Shown here: positions 9,069 to 19,191 of the stretch, one piece after another
Layout of the letters: each line of letters begins with the position of its first letter
How positions within the stretch are numbered: the stretch's first letter is position 1
Virus record (IMG/VR): IMGVR_UViG_3300026851_000019
Coordinates: 1-35,498 of that record
Strand: one strand, 5' to 3'
From: a virus
Taxonomy: Duplodnaviria; Caudoviricetes
Length of the DNA: 35,498 bases
The notes under the pieces: generated by a model
What the model was told of the DNA's origin: nothing
Seen by the model: only the letters and a program-made list of their open reading frames with translations
The model's database searches: none
Translations under genes and position numbers: made by a program

Positions 9069-10175
9069 CTAGTTGCTGCTCAGGTCAAGCAGAATATTGA
9101 CCGTGATTTCTTTTGGTGAGTTGTAAGGCCGCACGATCAGATAAATGGTTACTGATTTGCTGTTGTGCCAAACAATGGTTATGTCGCCGTCTTGCGGCGG
9201 TTGAATATCGCCCGGGAACTGGACACCCAGTAACACGGTGCTTTTACTCATGTCGCGCAGCGGCTTGGTAAAATAGGCTTTGTTTAGCTCAATGCTGGCA
9301 GGCGTGGAATTAAGCGCCCGGTTTGCAATGCGGCGAATAGCTAAAATACGCACCTCGCGGCTGGCTTTATGCACTGGCCGCACATGCTCAATGTACTGAT
9401 AGTCACCACCGGCAGCGTCTAACGTGGTGCCATCGCTCCAGTACACGCCCTCTAAATCTGGGTACCACTGCGGCACACTAAAACGGGCATTAGCTAATGT
9501 TTCCAGTGTGGCCAGTGTTAATGGCGCGGCGTTGCTGTCTACTGGCGCAGCACCTAAGCCCACCACGGCACCTGTTGCCACGCGCATGGGGCTGTCGGCA
9601 ATGCTGACTGCTCGGTTACATAACCGGCCAGCTAATACTCCCACGTTGTTACCGTGTAGCTGCGGTACCGGGATAACCAAATGCGCGGCTACGCCGTTTT
9701 GCAATGCTGCTAATGCGGTTTCGTACTGCTGCCATGTTTGGTTGGCGGCATCAATACCGGCAACGGCAACAATGCCCGAGACAAAGCGGCCGTGGGACGC
9801 TTGCAGCCCTTGCAGATAGTCATGCTTAGCGGTAATAAGCGCGGCGGTTGCACTGATATCGCAGAACACCACCATTTCAAAGCTCTGCACCTCATTGGCT
9901 GCGGTGATTGCGTCAAATACGTCTTCTTCTTCTGCCAGCGGGTATACTGCTGCTGTCCAGTTTTGCCCGGCGTTTTTCTGTGCAGCAATTAGCTGATCGC
10001 GTAATACGCTATCGGCAAAAGCGGCTGCTAAATCAGTTTGGGCGCCAATGCTAAATAACTGGCTTTCTTCGGCCTCTGCCCCGGCGCGGCCTACGTACAA
10101 AAAGTGGCGTTCGATGGCTGTAATGTCACCCTGGCCTTGATTTAAATTGTTTACCTGCACTTTACCTAGTGACAT
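9069..10175 (-). CDS. Tail sheath protein (DUF2586 family)
   Basis: GKVQVNNLNQGQG..ERHFL, GVLAGRLCNRAVSIADSPMRVATG, RFSVPQWYPD. Confidence 0.9.
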   Translation of the reverse strand: MSLGKVQVNNLNQGQGDITAIERHFLYVGRAGAEAEESQLFSIGAQTDLAAAFADSVLRDQLIAAQKNAGQNWTAAVYPLAEEEDVFDAITAANEVQSFEMVVFCDISATAALITAKHDYLQGLQASHGRFVSGIVAVAGIDAANQTWQQYETALAALQNGVAAHLVIPVPQLHGNNVGVLAGRLCNRAVSIADSPMRVATGAVVGLGAAPVDSNAAPLTLATLETLANARFSVPQWYPDLEGVYWSDGTTLDAAGGDYQYIEHVRPVHKASREVRILAIRRIANRALNSTPASIELNKAYFTKPLRDMSKSTVLLGVQFPGDIQPPQDGDITIVWHNSKSVTIYLIVRPYNSPKEITVNILLDLSSN

Positions 10176-10177
10176 TT

Positions 10178-10837
10178 TTAGCCCCTTTGTGTTTTGTTAA
10201 TTTGTTCAATAATGCTGACCAGCTGCTGCTGCACATTTTCGGTTTTGTCGCCCAAAAACGCGCGGGCCGGTACTGGGATATCCCAGCGTTGTTTACTGGT
10301 TTTGCCACGTAATTCGCCCAGAATTACCCCGGCTTGGCCAACGGTTAATGTGTCCATAATTTCGCTAAGGCTGGCACGGCGATAACCGCCTTTTGCGGTT
10401 TTAATTTTGTAGCCCGCTGCCGACAGCGCTTTTGCCTGGGCCCGGCTGCAGGGTGCTTTGTAATCTGGGATACCGTGTATTTTTGCCATGCGGGTAGCGG
10501 TCATTTGCTCTCGGCCACCCTCTTGATGCAGCGCAGCAATGCGGCCGGTTAAGGCGTTTTTGTGCTTTAGCTCTAAACGATTGGCGTTTTTTACAAATGG
10601 CTCCAGCGTTTTGCCCAGGCGTGAGAGCATGCGGCCTTTTTTGCTGTTGGCACGGTTTTTAAATTTGCTGCCGTCAATCGCGGTTTGGGTTTGTAACCGT
10701 TTGCGCGCTAATGTGCGCTCGTAACGGCCCAAGGTTTTTAGTATGCGTACACGCTTACCCGCTGGCAGTTTTAGCAGGGCTAACTGTAAATTGGCGTCAA
10801 TGGCCTGCTTTTGGTTTGGCTTTATGCTCAGACTCAT
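10178..10837 (-). CDS. Virion morphogenesis / tail completion protein (gpS-like)
   Basis: Basic protein, Q..DGSKF..R, IAALHQEG, VPARAFLG; synteny. Confidence 0.8.
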   Translation of the reverse strand: MSLSIKPNQKQAIDANLQLALLKLPAGKRVRILKTLGRYERTLARKRLQTQTAIDGSKFKNRANSKKGRMLSRLGKTLEPFVKNANRLELKHKNALTGRIAALHQEGGREQMTATRMAKIHGIPDYKAPCSRAQAKALSAAGYKIKTAKGGYRRASLSEIMDTLTVGQAGVILGELRGKTSKQRWDIPVPARAFLGDKTENVQQQLVSIIEQINKTQRG

Positions 10838-11325
10838 GCGGCACCGCCCGGCACGGTTTCAACTGCCACTTCTTCGGCCACGTTTACCGGGGCTATTGCC
10901 ACGCTGTAACGCTCACTTAAAAAATACACTGGGCCCGTTTCGTCCGGCACAATGTCGATATCGTCCATCAGTTCTATTGCGATGATCACTGTGGCGTTAT
11001 CGCTGCTGATAATATCGATATCAATTTCAGGATCAGTTAGGCCGTATTCGTCCCGTTCCCAGCCGCTGCTAAGTAAAAACGCGGCTAACATGGCCAACAG
11101 GTTGTATGGGCCAACCCTTAAATGCGGGAAATTTTCAATCGCGATAATGGCATTATGTTTCCACTTTGCTACCCGGTAAGCGCCCACGCCTAAGTCGGCA
11201 CCGTCAAGCATGAGTTTGCCGTTTTCTTGCCATGCGTCGATATTATTGGCTTGTATATAGGGCTTTAGGCTGGCCAGTAAAAATTCGGTTACTTGCTGCA
11301 GCTGGGTTTTAGTTTGCTCGCTCAT
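10834..11325 (-). CDS. Tail completion protein (gpR-like)
   Basis: Acidic 163 aa between L and S; IDAWQENG, IENFPH, IELMDDI.IVPDETGP. Confidence 0.75.
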   Translation of the reverse strand: MSEQTKTQLQQVTEFLLASLKPYIQANNIDAWQENGKLMLDGADLGVGAYRVAKWKHNAIIAIENFPHLRVGPYNLLAMLAAFLLSSGWERDEYGLTDPEIDIDIISSDNATVIIAIELMDDIDIVPDETGPVYFLSERYSVAIAPVNVAEEVAVETVPGGAA

Positions 11326-11783
11326 AATGAGTGCACCCCCGCGCGGCCAAGGCCTAACAGCAGCCGCACGCCATGGTTTGAGTGGGCCAAAATGATACTT
11401 TGCTGCTCGCTGTCGTTGGCTTTGTTGTTGCCCGCTGGCTTTTGGTCTACGGCAGAAAAATAACCCAGCAAATCGGCGTGGGAGCGGGCATACACCGCGC
11501 CCCGGTAAATGCTAATTTGCTGCTCGCTAAAATTAGGAGCTAGGTTTTCACCCAGGGTGAATGGGACGTCCGTGTCTGCGCTTGCCTGCTGTGCAAATCT
11601 AACCAGTTGTAACTTTATTTCGGCAACGCTGCGGTTTAGTGAGTCGGCTATTGTTGCCTCTTCAAAATATTCAGGGATGCGGCGGTTTTTGCGAAATTCA
11701 CCGGTCGATAGCACCGGCCAGCCGCTAGCGGCATCTATTTCAATGCTCTCTTGTGCTGGTGACTGAAAACCGAATCCGCTCAT
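11322..11783 (-). CDS. Head completion/stabilisation protein (gpL-like)
   Basis: GWPVLSTGEFRKNRRIP, YRGAVYARSHADLL. Confidence 0.85.
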   Translation of the reverse strand: MSGFGFQSPAQESIEIDAASGWPVLSTGEFRKNRRIPEYFEEATIADSLNRSVAEIKLQLVRFAQQASADTDVPFTLGENLAPNFSEQQISIYRGAVYARSHADLLGYFSAVDQKPAGNNKANDSEQQSIILAHSNHGVRLLLGLGRAGVHSL

Positions 11784-11938
11784 TTATGCCGCCTCGTTGC
11801 CGTTAATTAGGTTCAGTGCATTTGGTTTCGCAGTGGTTTTAACAGTCGCCTGTTAAGCACTCCACCAGTGCACTGGAGGGTTGGGAGTCGTTCCCTTGCG
11901 GTTGGTACCGCGTAGTTGTTTGTAACTAGCCTTTTTAT

Positions 11939-12682
11939 TTACAGCTTTGTTGCTTCTTCTAAGGCTCTTAGCCGCATGGCGATTTTGTTTCGTACTGTTT
12001 TTACCTGGGCATGCTTGTGTAAGCTGGCCGCTTTTTCTAAAAGTTGATCGGCCTGCTTAAGCCGGTTTGCATCGCCAACATGGCTGGGCGTAATTTCGCC
12101 GTTGGCTGCGCGCAGTAAGGCGAGCCCTGCAAACTTGTAGAATTTCGCGGTAACCTGCTCGGGTAACTTCCATTCGCTGGTAACGCGCTTGAACACGGTG
12201 CCAAAATACGGTTCGATGCTGTGGCCGTGTTCGGCTTGTTGCTCTGCCCAATCAAAAACGGTGTCGGCAATAAAGCCAGGCCACTTGCGCTTAATGGCAC
12301 CTGCCATGGGTTGCTGTAATTCAATGGCAGTAAATGCAAGCTCAAGCCCACGGCCCAGATCGCCAATGTCAAACAGCCACACAGTGCAATAAGCAAAAAT
12401 AGGGTTGTCATGGATCCGTTCCTTCTCGCTGGCCGCGCTGCGGCTTTTTAGATACTCATCGACAATCGGTAGCCACTTAGGCAGCAACTTGTCGCGCTTG
12501 TGGGCTATTTTGTCTGCCCGTCTTTCAAAGGCTTTTAGCCTTTTTAAATCTGCCTCCAGCTCTATCAGCTGTAGGTGCAGGCTGGGCGCGTGTTCAGCGT
12601 TGCCCGTAAGCCTGACTTGTTCTAACTGCTTTTCGGCTCGGCGGCTTTCTTTCCACGCGAGGATGGCTGCGCCGCCGACGGC
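11939..12682 (-). CDS. Terminase small (endonuclease) subunit, gpM-like; frame open to 12694 and probably entered by -1 frameshift
   Basis: SLHLQLIELEADLKRLK..DKIAHKRDKLLPKW (upstream of TTG 12487), VWLFDIGDL, WKLPEQVTAKFYKFAGL. No ATG/GTG/TTG between the in-frame TGA (12695-12697) and 12487. Confidence 0.88.
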   Translation of the reverse strand, partial: AVGGAAILAWKESRRAEKQLEQVRLTGNAEHAPSLHLQLIELEADLKRLKAFERRADKIAHKRDKLLPKWLPIVDEYLKSRSAASEKERIHDNPIFAYCTVWLFDIGDLGRGLELAFTAIELQQPMAGAIKRKWPGFIADTVFDWAEQQAEHGHSIEPYFGTVFKRVTSEWKLPEQVTAKFYKFAGLALLRAANGEITPSHVGDANRLKQADQLLEKAASLHKHAQVKTVRNKIAMRLRALEEATKL

Positions 12683-13230
12683 TTTTTTAACTCTTCAGTC
12701 GCTTCTTTTAACTCGGCCGTGGCTTGGCCAATATCTTCGGCGCTGTAGGCAAGCTGGCTGGCTGTGTCTTCCAGATCACCTGTGGCGGTGTTCACGGTTT
12801 CAGCGGCGGCATTAACATTGGCTGCGGCATCTTCTACCTGTGCGGCGGCGTCTTCTACATTGGCCGCGCTTTGGCTTAATTCGTCTGCCGTTTGCGCTGC
12901 TGTGTCGCTTGGCTCGGCGGTTTGGTTCAAGGCTTTTTCAGTGGTGGCTACTTCGGCCAGTGCTTTGCTATCAACTGTCATAACTGCGGTTTCGTCCGAG
13001 CCATCTGCCAGATCAAAGCCGGTTACAAACGAAAAGCCGTTTCGCTCTGCGGTTTCAATCAATGCCTTGGCTTCATCAATCGCGCATTCATACTGGCAAC
13101 CCAGCAAAATAGCCAATAGCGCTACGGCTTCGTTTTCTGGTGCGGGTGTTGCAGCTTGCTGCGTTGTGGTGCTGCCTTGCTGGGCGCGCTGCGCTTCGCG
13201 GCGTTTTTTAAAATTGGCAATGGCACTCAT
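12622..13230 (-). CDS. Ala/Glu-rich coiled-coil protein (202 aa), 0-frame partner of gpM frameshift
   Basis: ATG at 13230 after AGGT; basic N-terminus MSAIANFKKRR; heptad-like SAANVED-AAAQVED-AAANVNA repeats; overlaps the gpM frame. Confidence 0.8.
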   Translation of the reverse strand: MSAIANFKKRREAQRAQQGSTTTQQAATPAPENEAVALLAILLGCQYECAIDEAKALIETAERNGFSFVTGFDLADGSDETAVMTVDSKALAEVATTEKALNQTAEPSDTAAQTADELSQSAANVEDAAAQVEDAAANVNAAAETVNTATGDLEDTASQLAYSAEDIGQATAELKEATEELKKPSAAQPSSRGKKAAEPKSS

Positions 13231-13255
13231 ATTTTTTACCTGGCTGGTTGTATTA

Positions 13256-13277
13256 ACCGGTGGCAACTGCCACCGGT
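13256..13277. repeat. 10-bp perfect inverted repeat after capsid gene (attenuator or mRNA stabiliser candidate)
   Basis: ACCGGTGGCA-AC-TGCCACCGGT; no U tract on the coding strand. Confidence 0.6.
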
Positions 13278-13312
13278 GCGGCTTAGCAGCTAGCTTATTC
13301 GCTGGCTATTGA

Positions 13313-14347
13313 TTAAGGCGTTGGCTCTGGAGCTGGGCCAATATTTACCGCGGCTTCGTCTACTGCACCGTAGGCGCTGTACTCTTCCACGGCGTAACCT
13401 TCAAAGCGCCAATACTTGTCTTCCCAGCGTTTGCGGTCTTCTACGTTCTCGCTCTTGCGTTGGCGGGTACCGCGCTGGGTGTAGCAGTGCAGGTTTTCCA
13501 GCATGGTTACTACAATGCGTTTACCAGGGAAAAACGGTGGCGTGTAAGCCCGTAAACCACCAATGGATTTATCCATCATTTGTGCGGCTACGCGCTCACT
13601 AGGCTTATCGGCTTGGTTCATCAGCTTGGTTTGGGCTGCGGCGGTTAAGTCGCTACCAATTAGCACCACTAAGCGCGGGTCGTTGCGGAACTGCTCAGGG
13701 ATCAGGGTGTTTTTAATTTCCGTAACAATGGCATCTAGCGTTTTGTATTCGCCTTCGCGTAGCTCACGTGTTGCATCTGGGTTAAAGTAAATTTCGTCTG
13801 TCATTACCTGATCAGGCGCTTTTTCTTTTACCAGTTGGTGCCAGCCTTTGTTAACGTCTTGCCCCAGTGGGTTGGCAGCTGGATCCGTGGTGGTGGCTAT
13901 TGATGTGCCGTTAAAGCCCACACGCAATACATCCAGTGCAAAGCGTAGTGTGGCGTTTTGGCTCATCAGCTGCATAAACTCGCGCTCGTTACCGGCGTTC
14001 GCCCAGGCGGCCATGGTTGACCAGGTAACAAAGGCGCAGCTGTCTGTTTCAATCAGTTCGTAGGTGTTACCGTCTACTGTTTGGCCGGAGGTAAAACGGC
14101 CTGATGCGCTGCGGCCTGTTGCAATGGTATTGCTACCAACGTTAACTACCTGACCTTTAATCTGGTCCACGTCCATCATGGTGATCAGTTTTAAAAATTC
14201 TACTGATTCCAACATGGCCGCACGTAAGCGGGTTTCCATTGGGCTGGTTACGGCAAACTGTTTGCTGACATCTGGCGTGTCGTACGCTTTGGCCAGTGAA
14301 GCGCTGTAAGCCAGTGCGCAGGATATTGCTAATTTGGTTAAGTTCAT
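13313..14347 (-). CDS. Major capsid protein, P2 gpN family
   Basis: KQFAVTSPMET.LRAAMLES.EFL, ALDVLRVGFNGTS, PLGQDVNKGW, PPFFPGKR. Confidence 0.95.
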   Translation of the reverse strand: MNLTKLAISCALAYSASLAKAYDTPDVSKQFAVTSPMETRLRAAMLESVEFLKLITMMDVDQIKGQVVNVGSNTIATGRSASGRFTSGQTVDGNTYELIETDSCAFVTWSTMAAWANAGNEREFMQLMSQNATLRFALDVLRVGFNGTSIATTTDPAANPLGQDVNKGWHQLVKEKAPDQVMTDEIYFNPDATRELREGEYKTLDAIVTEIKNTLIPEQFRNDPRLVVLIGSDLTAAAQTKLMNQADKPSERVAAQMMDKSIGGLRAYTPPFFPGKRIVVTMLENLHCYTQRGTRQRKSENVEDRKRWEDKYWRFEGYAVEEYSAYGAVDEAAVNIGPAPEPTP

Positions 14348-14400
14348 GCGGTTCTCTCGCTGCTAATAGTGGCTAAGGGTTAAGCTGCTTACTGCAGCGC

Positions 14401-15309
14401 TTAAACAATGGCAAAGGTGGTTTCGCCAACCGGATCAGGCTCTTGCCCTTTTACTTCACCGCTGGACGCTTTAAATTTTGTTTCTAACTCGCCCACTTGG
14501 CTTACCATGGCGGTTAGCTTGTCGTTCAGTTGGTTAAACTGTTCGGCAGTAATGCCCTCTGGCTTGGCTTCTGGTACCGGATCGGTTTTAACCGTTTCCG
14601 TGGTGGCTGGCGTTTCTGGCTTTTGCTGCTGGCTGAATTTGGTTTCAAGGTCTAATACCTTGGTTTCAATACCGCCAATTTTGCCCATTAGGGCGTCAAA
14701 CTGTTCTTGGGTCATCGGGGTTTCCTCGGGTTCTGCTGCCGGTTGCGGCGGTTTCTTTTTGAAGTAGTCTTGCAGCAAGGCAAACAGGCCCTTTTCCGTG
14801 GCCGGTTGGTGTTGTGGGTGTTGTTCTTGTTGGTCTTTAATAAAGTCGCTAAACAATAGCTGCTCTAACTGGCTGGCTTCTTGTTCGTGGAGTTTTTCGC
14901 CTACCGAGAATTTAAGGCGTGTAGTGCCGGTACTGGCTGGGCTGTCGGTAACAGCAATACCTTGCAGGTAGGCTTTGCCAGTGCCTTTGTAATCAATGTT
15001 CGGCTCAATTGACATAAACAGCTTTTGGCCGTCTTTGTTGGCAGCTAGCAGGTAGTCGTTAGCGGTAAGTTTGACAAATAAGCGCAGCTTGCCGCCTGAT
15101 TTACCCGCTTTTACTTCGTCTACCGTGCCCCAGTTTTTACCCTCAAAGGTTGACCAGGATGAACGGAAGTGCTCAGGCCAAATCAGCGCGGTGTATTCCT
15201 CAGTGGAATACTGCTCGGCCATGTCTTTAATCCACTGCTCGGTAATAATGCGCCCGTCAATGGTAGCGCCTGCGGTTGCTGCTATTACCCAGCCAGTTTG
15301 CTTTGCCAT
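14401..15309 (-). CDS. Capsid scaffolding protein/protease, gpO family
   Basis: ATAGATIDGRII, YTALIWPEH, QKLFMSIE, YLQGIAVTDSPASTGTTRLKFS. Confidence 0.95.
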   Translation of the reverse strand: MAKQTGWVIAATAGATIDGRIITEQWIKDMAEQYSTEEYTALIWPEHFRSSWSTFEGKNWGTVDEVKAGKSGGKLRLFVKLTANDYLLAANKDGQKLFMSIEPNIDYKGTGKAYLQGIAVTDSPASTGTTRLKFSVGEKLHEQEASQLEQLLFSDFIKDQQEQHPQHQPATEKGLFALLQDYFKKKPPQPAAEPEETPMTQEQFDALMGKIGGIETKVLDLETKFSQQQKPETPATTETVKTDPVPEAKPEGITAEQFNQLNDKLTAMVSQVGELETKFKASSGEVKGQEPDPVGETTFAIV

Positions 15310-15512
15310 GTGTGCCTGCCGTTTTGCTGTAAAAAATACCTGTTAATGCCAACAGCTTAAGGCTTTGTTAAGGGGTAATCACGGGGCAAACTTCGGGGCA
15401 ATTCCGATTTTTACAAAATAGGAATTTATAGGAATATTAGTTAGTTAATGCAGGCAAACAAGCAAATACACTGGGGGCATTCTGTTAGTTAACCGGTATT
15501 GCTTCCCTTTTT
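15310..15512. promoter_or_regulatory. Divergent late promoter region (O/P) with candidate activator site
   Basis: AATTCC (15400-15405) / GGAATT (15421-15426) inverted pair; ATAGGAAT repeated at 15418 and 15428; position equals P2 late promoters. Confidence 0.5.
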
Positions 15513-17300
15513 ATGGCTTACTCTTCTGAAATTCGTGAAGCGGCAAAACGTTTGTATTTAAAGCGCTGGACGCCTGACGAAATACGGGACGATTTAGGCC
15601 TACCAAACAACCGCATAATTTATTACTGGGCCGAGAAACACGGCTGGCGTGATTTGCTGCGCGAAGAAGAGGTTGACGAGGCTATCAACCGCCGCATTGT
15701 GCTACTTACTGACATACCCGAAAAAAGCAATAACCAGATTAAAGAACTGGAAATGCTGATAAACCAGCATGTACGCCTTAAAAAGCAACGGGTAGACGCA
15801 GAACGCAAAGCGCAAACTGATACCGGTGATGGTACCGTCATCAATGACGGTACCAAAACACAGGGCAAAGCAAAAGATAGCGACAACAACGGCAAACGTA
15901 AAGGCCGCAGCAAAAAGAATGATGTTAGCCATTTAACTGCCGAAGATTTTGCAGCATGGCACGATACGCTGTTTGAATATCAAAAAACGATGCACCAAAA
16001 CCTGCATCAGCGCATACGTAATATTTTAAAAAGCCGCCAAATTGGGGCTACCTATTACTTTGCCGGTGAAGCCTTTGAACAGGCCGTATTAACCGGCGAA
16101 CCGCAAATATTCTTATCTGCCAGCCGCGCCCAGGCTGAGGTGTTCCGCAGTTACATTATTGCCATTGCGCAGCAGTTTTTTGAAATAGAGCTAACCGGCA
16201 ACCCGATCACACTTAACACCGCCCACGGTGCCGCCGAACTGCGCTTTTTAAGTACCAACAGCAAAACCGCGCAAAGCTATCACGGCCATGTGTATATCGA
16301 TGAGTATTTTTGGATCGGCAAGTTTGACGTACTAAACAAACTCGCCAGCGCCATGGCCACGCATAAGAACTGGCGTAAAACCTACTTTTCCACGCCATCG
16401 ACCAAAGCGCACCCCGCTTACCCTTTCTGGACCGGCGATCACTGGCGGCAAGGCAAGCCAGAACGGGAAGAAATAGAGTTCCCCAGTTTTGATGCACTGC
16501 GCGATGGCGGCAGGCTATGCCCCGACAGGCAATGGCGTTATGTGGTTACCATTGAAGATGCGCTTGCCGGTGGCTGTGAGCTGTTCGACATTGACGAACT
16601 GCGCGATGAATACAACGGTGACGATTTTGCCAACCTGTTTATGTGCGTGTTTGTGGATGACGCGGCCAGCATCTTTAAATTTACCGACCTTGAAAAGTGC
16701 ATGGTTGACGCTGCGCGCTGGCAAGACTACAAACCCGCCGCACCGCGCCCCTTTGGCAACCGTGAAGTGTGGCTAGGGTATGATCCTAGCCGCACCCGCG
16801 ACAATGCCACGCTGGTAGTGTTAGCACCTGGCGAAAACAAAGGCGAAAAATTCAGGGTACTGGAAAAGCACTATTGGCGCGGCATGAACTTTGCGCACCA
16901 TGTAAGCGAAATTCAGAAGATTTATGCCAAGTACCGCGTTACCTACATTGGCGTAGATACCACCGGCATTGGCGCTGGGGTGTTCGACAGCATAAGCACC
17001 CTTTACCCACGCGAAGCCACAGCCATTCATTACAGCGTAAGCAGCAAAACCCGCTTGGTGCTAAAAATGATTGACGTAATTGAGGGTGGCCGCATTGAGT
17101 GGGATGCCAGCCACAAAGACATAGCAATGAGTTGCCTTTCTATACGCCGCACGGTTACCGACACAGGCGGCGCCATAACCTTTAAAGCGAGCCGCGATAA
17201 TGCCACCGGCCACGCTGACGTGTTTTTTGCCATTGCCCACGCAGTGATAAACGAACCCCTTAACTTTGAACATACGAGAACATCATCATGGTCGATTTAA
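15513..17300 (+). CDS. Terminase large (ATPase) subunit, gpP family
   Basis: N-terminal [45 protein letters not shown]. Confidence 0.96.
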   Translation: MAYSSEIREAAKRLYLKRWTPDEIRDDLGLPNNRIIYYWAEKHGWRDLLREEEVDEAINRRIVLLTDIPEKSNNQIKELEMLINQHVRLKKQRVDAERKAQTDTGDGTVINDGTKTQGKAKDSDNNGKRKGRSKKNDVSHLTAEDFAAWHDTLFEYQKTMHQNLHQRIRNILKSRQIGATYYFAGEAFEQAVLTGEPQIFLSASRAQAEVFRSYIIAIAQQFFEIELTGNPITLNTAHGAAELRFLSTNSKTAQSYHGHVYIDEYFWIGKFDVLNKLASAMATHKNWRKTYFSTPSTKAHPAYPFWTGDHWRQGKPEREEIEFPSFDALRDGGRLCPDRQWRYVVTIEDALAGGCELFDIDELRDEYNGDDFANLFMCVFVDDAASIFKFTDLEKCMVDAARWQDYKPAAPRPFGNREVWLGYDPSRTRDNATLVVLAPGENKGEKFRVLEKHYWRGMNFAHHVSEIQKIYAKYRVTYIGVDTTGIGAGVFDSISTLYPREATAIHYSVSSKTRLVLKMIDVIEGGRIEWDASHKDIAMSCLSIRRTVTDTGGAITFKASRDNATGHADVFFAIAHAVINEPLNFEHTRTSSWSI

Positions 17301-18325
17301 CGGCACAACCAACAGCAGCAACCGAACAGGCCAGCACCGATACCGAGCAAACACCGGGTACTGTGGTTTTTAGTATGCCCTCGGCCGTGATGCCGAATAT
17401 GTGGCTAACCGATTATGACTCGTTGTACTACAACCAAACGCACGACTACTGGGAACCACCGGTAGACCGCCACTTTTTAGCCAATTTAACCCGGCGCAAT
17501 GCCCAGCATGGCGGCATAGTGCAAAGCCGCGCCAATATGGCCGCCGCCCGTTTTGTGTCTGGCGGGATGAGTGCGCAAGAGGTTAGCGCGGCTTTTTTAA
17601 ACCTGGTGCAGTTTGGTGACGTGGCATTGCTGAAAATACGCAACGGCTTTGGCAAGGTGCTAAGGCTGTTTCCGTTACCCAGTTACCGTACACGGGTTAC
17701 GGGTGACGGCGGCGCGGCGGTACTGCAGCGCGATAACGAGGTTAAAAAGTACAACGCCACCGACATTATTTGGGTGCGTATTTACGACCCCGTACAGCAG
17801 GTGTACGGTTGCCCTGATTATCTGGGCGGTTTGCAGTCGGCCTTGCTTAACGAAGATGCCACCCTGTTTCGGCGTAAGTACTACATTAACGGTGCCCATA
17901 TGGGCTTTATTTTGTATGCCACGGATCCTAACTTAGATGCTGACGTGGAAAAGGAACTGAAAGAGAAAATTAAAAATTCTAAAGGCGTGGGTAACTTTAA
18001 TTCGTTGTTTGTGAACATACCCAACGGCAAAGAAAAAGGGATACAAATTATTCCCGTGGGTAACTTTGAAAGCAAAGACGAATTTGGCAACGTAAAAACC
18101 GTAAGTGCGCAAGATGTGTTTAACGCCCACCGCTTCCCCGCTGGCCTTGGCGGTATGATCCCCACTAACACCGCGGGGCTGGGTGATCCCACTAAGTACG
18201 ATAAGGTGTATTTTAGAAGTGAAACGCGGCCGTTAATTAATATGCTGGTGGATGCGGTATTGCGTGATGCCGAAGTGTCGCAAGCGCTGCGGCTGGTGTT
18301 TGATATGAGTACGGATGAAATTTAA
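17288..18325 (+). CDS. Portal protein, PBSX/gpQ family
   Basis: [59 protein letters not shown]. Confidence 0.96.
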   Translation: MVDLTAQPTAATEQASTDTEQTPGTVVFSMPSAVMPNMWLTDYDSLYYNQTHDYWEPPVDRHFLANLTRRNAQHGGIVQSRANMAAARFVSGGMSAQEVSAAFLNLVQFGDVALLKIRNGFGKVLRLFPLPSYRTRVTGDGGAAVLQRDNEVKKYNATDIIWVRIYDPVQQVYGCPDYLGGLQSALLNEDATLFRRKYYINGAHMGFILYATDPNLDADVEKELKEKIKNSKGVGNFNSLFVNIPNGKEKGIQIIPVGNFESKDEFGNVKTVSAQDVFNAHRFPAGLGGMIPTNTAGLGDPTKYDKVYFRSETRPLINMLVDAVLRDAEVSQALRLVFDMSTDEI

Positions 18326-18373
18326 TTAGCCTCAATGGATTGTGTTTTCACCTATGAGTCTATAATTTGTAAG

Positions 18374-18401
18374 TTGTTTAGGTTTTTTACCTACGTATAA
18401 T
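18374..18401 (+). promoter_or_regulatory. Putative sigma70 promoter for cargo genes
   Basis: TTGTTT-N16-TATAAT; a second TATAAT at 18361. Confidence 0.45.
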
Positions 18402-18450
18402 GCGCACACTCAGGCTGATTAACAGCCTGTTTTCTTCAATGGAGCGTCAA

Positions 18451-18738
18451 ATGTCTGTTTTCTTGATAGTGTTGAAAGAGCCGGTTGATCCCGAAAAAGC
18501 TTCTGAGCTGCGGGAAAAATGCAGTATGGTTTTTGGGCAACATAACATAAAGGAAATTTGCGCTGGACAAATTTTAATTTCATCTGAAAAAATTTTTATG
18601 CCTGACGGTATTGCTAAAGATTTAGGCGATGAATTTAGCAGAGGTGAGTTTGGTTCATATTTGTTAGTTCCTGTTCACGCATACTGGGGCTTTCATGACA
18701 GAACAATTTGGAACTGGCTATTAGAGAAAGGAATTTAA
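18451..18738 (+). CDS. Cargo protein, 95 aa, possible Cas2/VapD-like ferredoxin fold
   Basis: GGAG RBS then ATG at 18451; low GC; beta-alpha pattern and terminal YWGFHDRTIWNWL. Confidence 0.65.
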   Translation: MSVFLIVLKEPVDPEKASELREKCSMVFGQHNIKEICAGQILISSEKIFMPDGIAKDLGDEFSRGEFGSYLLVPVHAYWGFHDRTIWNWLLEKGI

Positions 18739-18739
18739 T

Positions 18740-19156
18740 ATGCCTAATATTGAACCCCCAAAACAAGAAGTTATTTCATCAGGCATGTCTGATAGCATAG
18801 CTATGCAGTGGGCTCAGCGGCAGTTAAATTCTCTTGAAGGTGAATTAAAACTTATTGAACAACAGCTCAATGCTATCGATAAAACAAACGCGTTGCATGA
18901 TAGAGATATTTCTGATTTAAAACAGAACATAACTAATCGCTTCGATAAGCTCGAAGCACTTTTGGAAAAAAACGCGACCAAAGTTATTGGGGATTTAGAA
19001 AAAGTTGAAAACAGAATTGCTAAAACGCTCGAAGAACACAAGACAGAGCTTAAATCTTTAAACAGATTAACCAACCGGTATATTGGCGGTCTTTCAGTGC
19101 TTGTTTTTGTAATTGGTATAATTGGCCTTGCCATTCGTTACTGGCCTGCCACTTAA
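18740..19156 (+). CDS. Cargo protein, coiled coil with C-terminal TM anchor
   Basis: Heptad-rich body followed by YIGGLSVLVFVIGIIGLAIRYW; AAGGA RBS; 1 bp from upstream gene. Confidence 0.75.
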   Translation: MPNIEPPKQEVISSGMSDSIAMQWAQRQLNSLEGELKLIEQQLNAIDKTNALHDRDISDLKQNITNRFDKLEALLEKNATKVIGDLEKVENRIAKTLEEHKTELKSLNRLTNRYIGGLSVLVFVIGIIGLAIRYWPAT

Positions 19157-19191
19157 AAATCTTACTAAGTAAAAAATCTTTTATATAGCAC

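Noticed and set aside
11814..11875. Hammerhead ribozyme (CTGGTGGAG...CGAAAC)
   Set aside because: The core deviates from CUGANGA and I cannot build the three-stem junction with an NUH site; kept only as generic structured RNA.
11939..12487. TTG 12487 as the gpM start
   Set aside because: No clear RBS, and it would omit gpM-like sequence present upstream in the same frame.
163..17936. Numerous antisense ORFs in the structural region (e.g. 5392-6081, 12764-13312)
   Set aside because: Shadow frames of well-supported phage genes.
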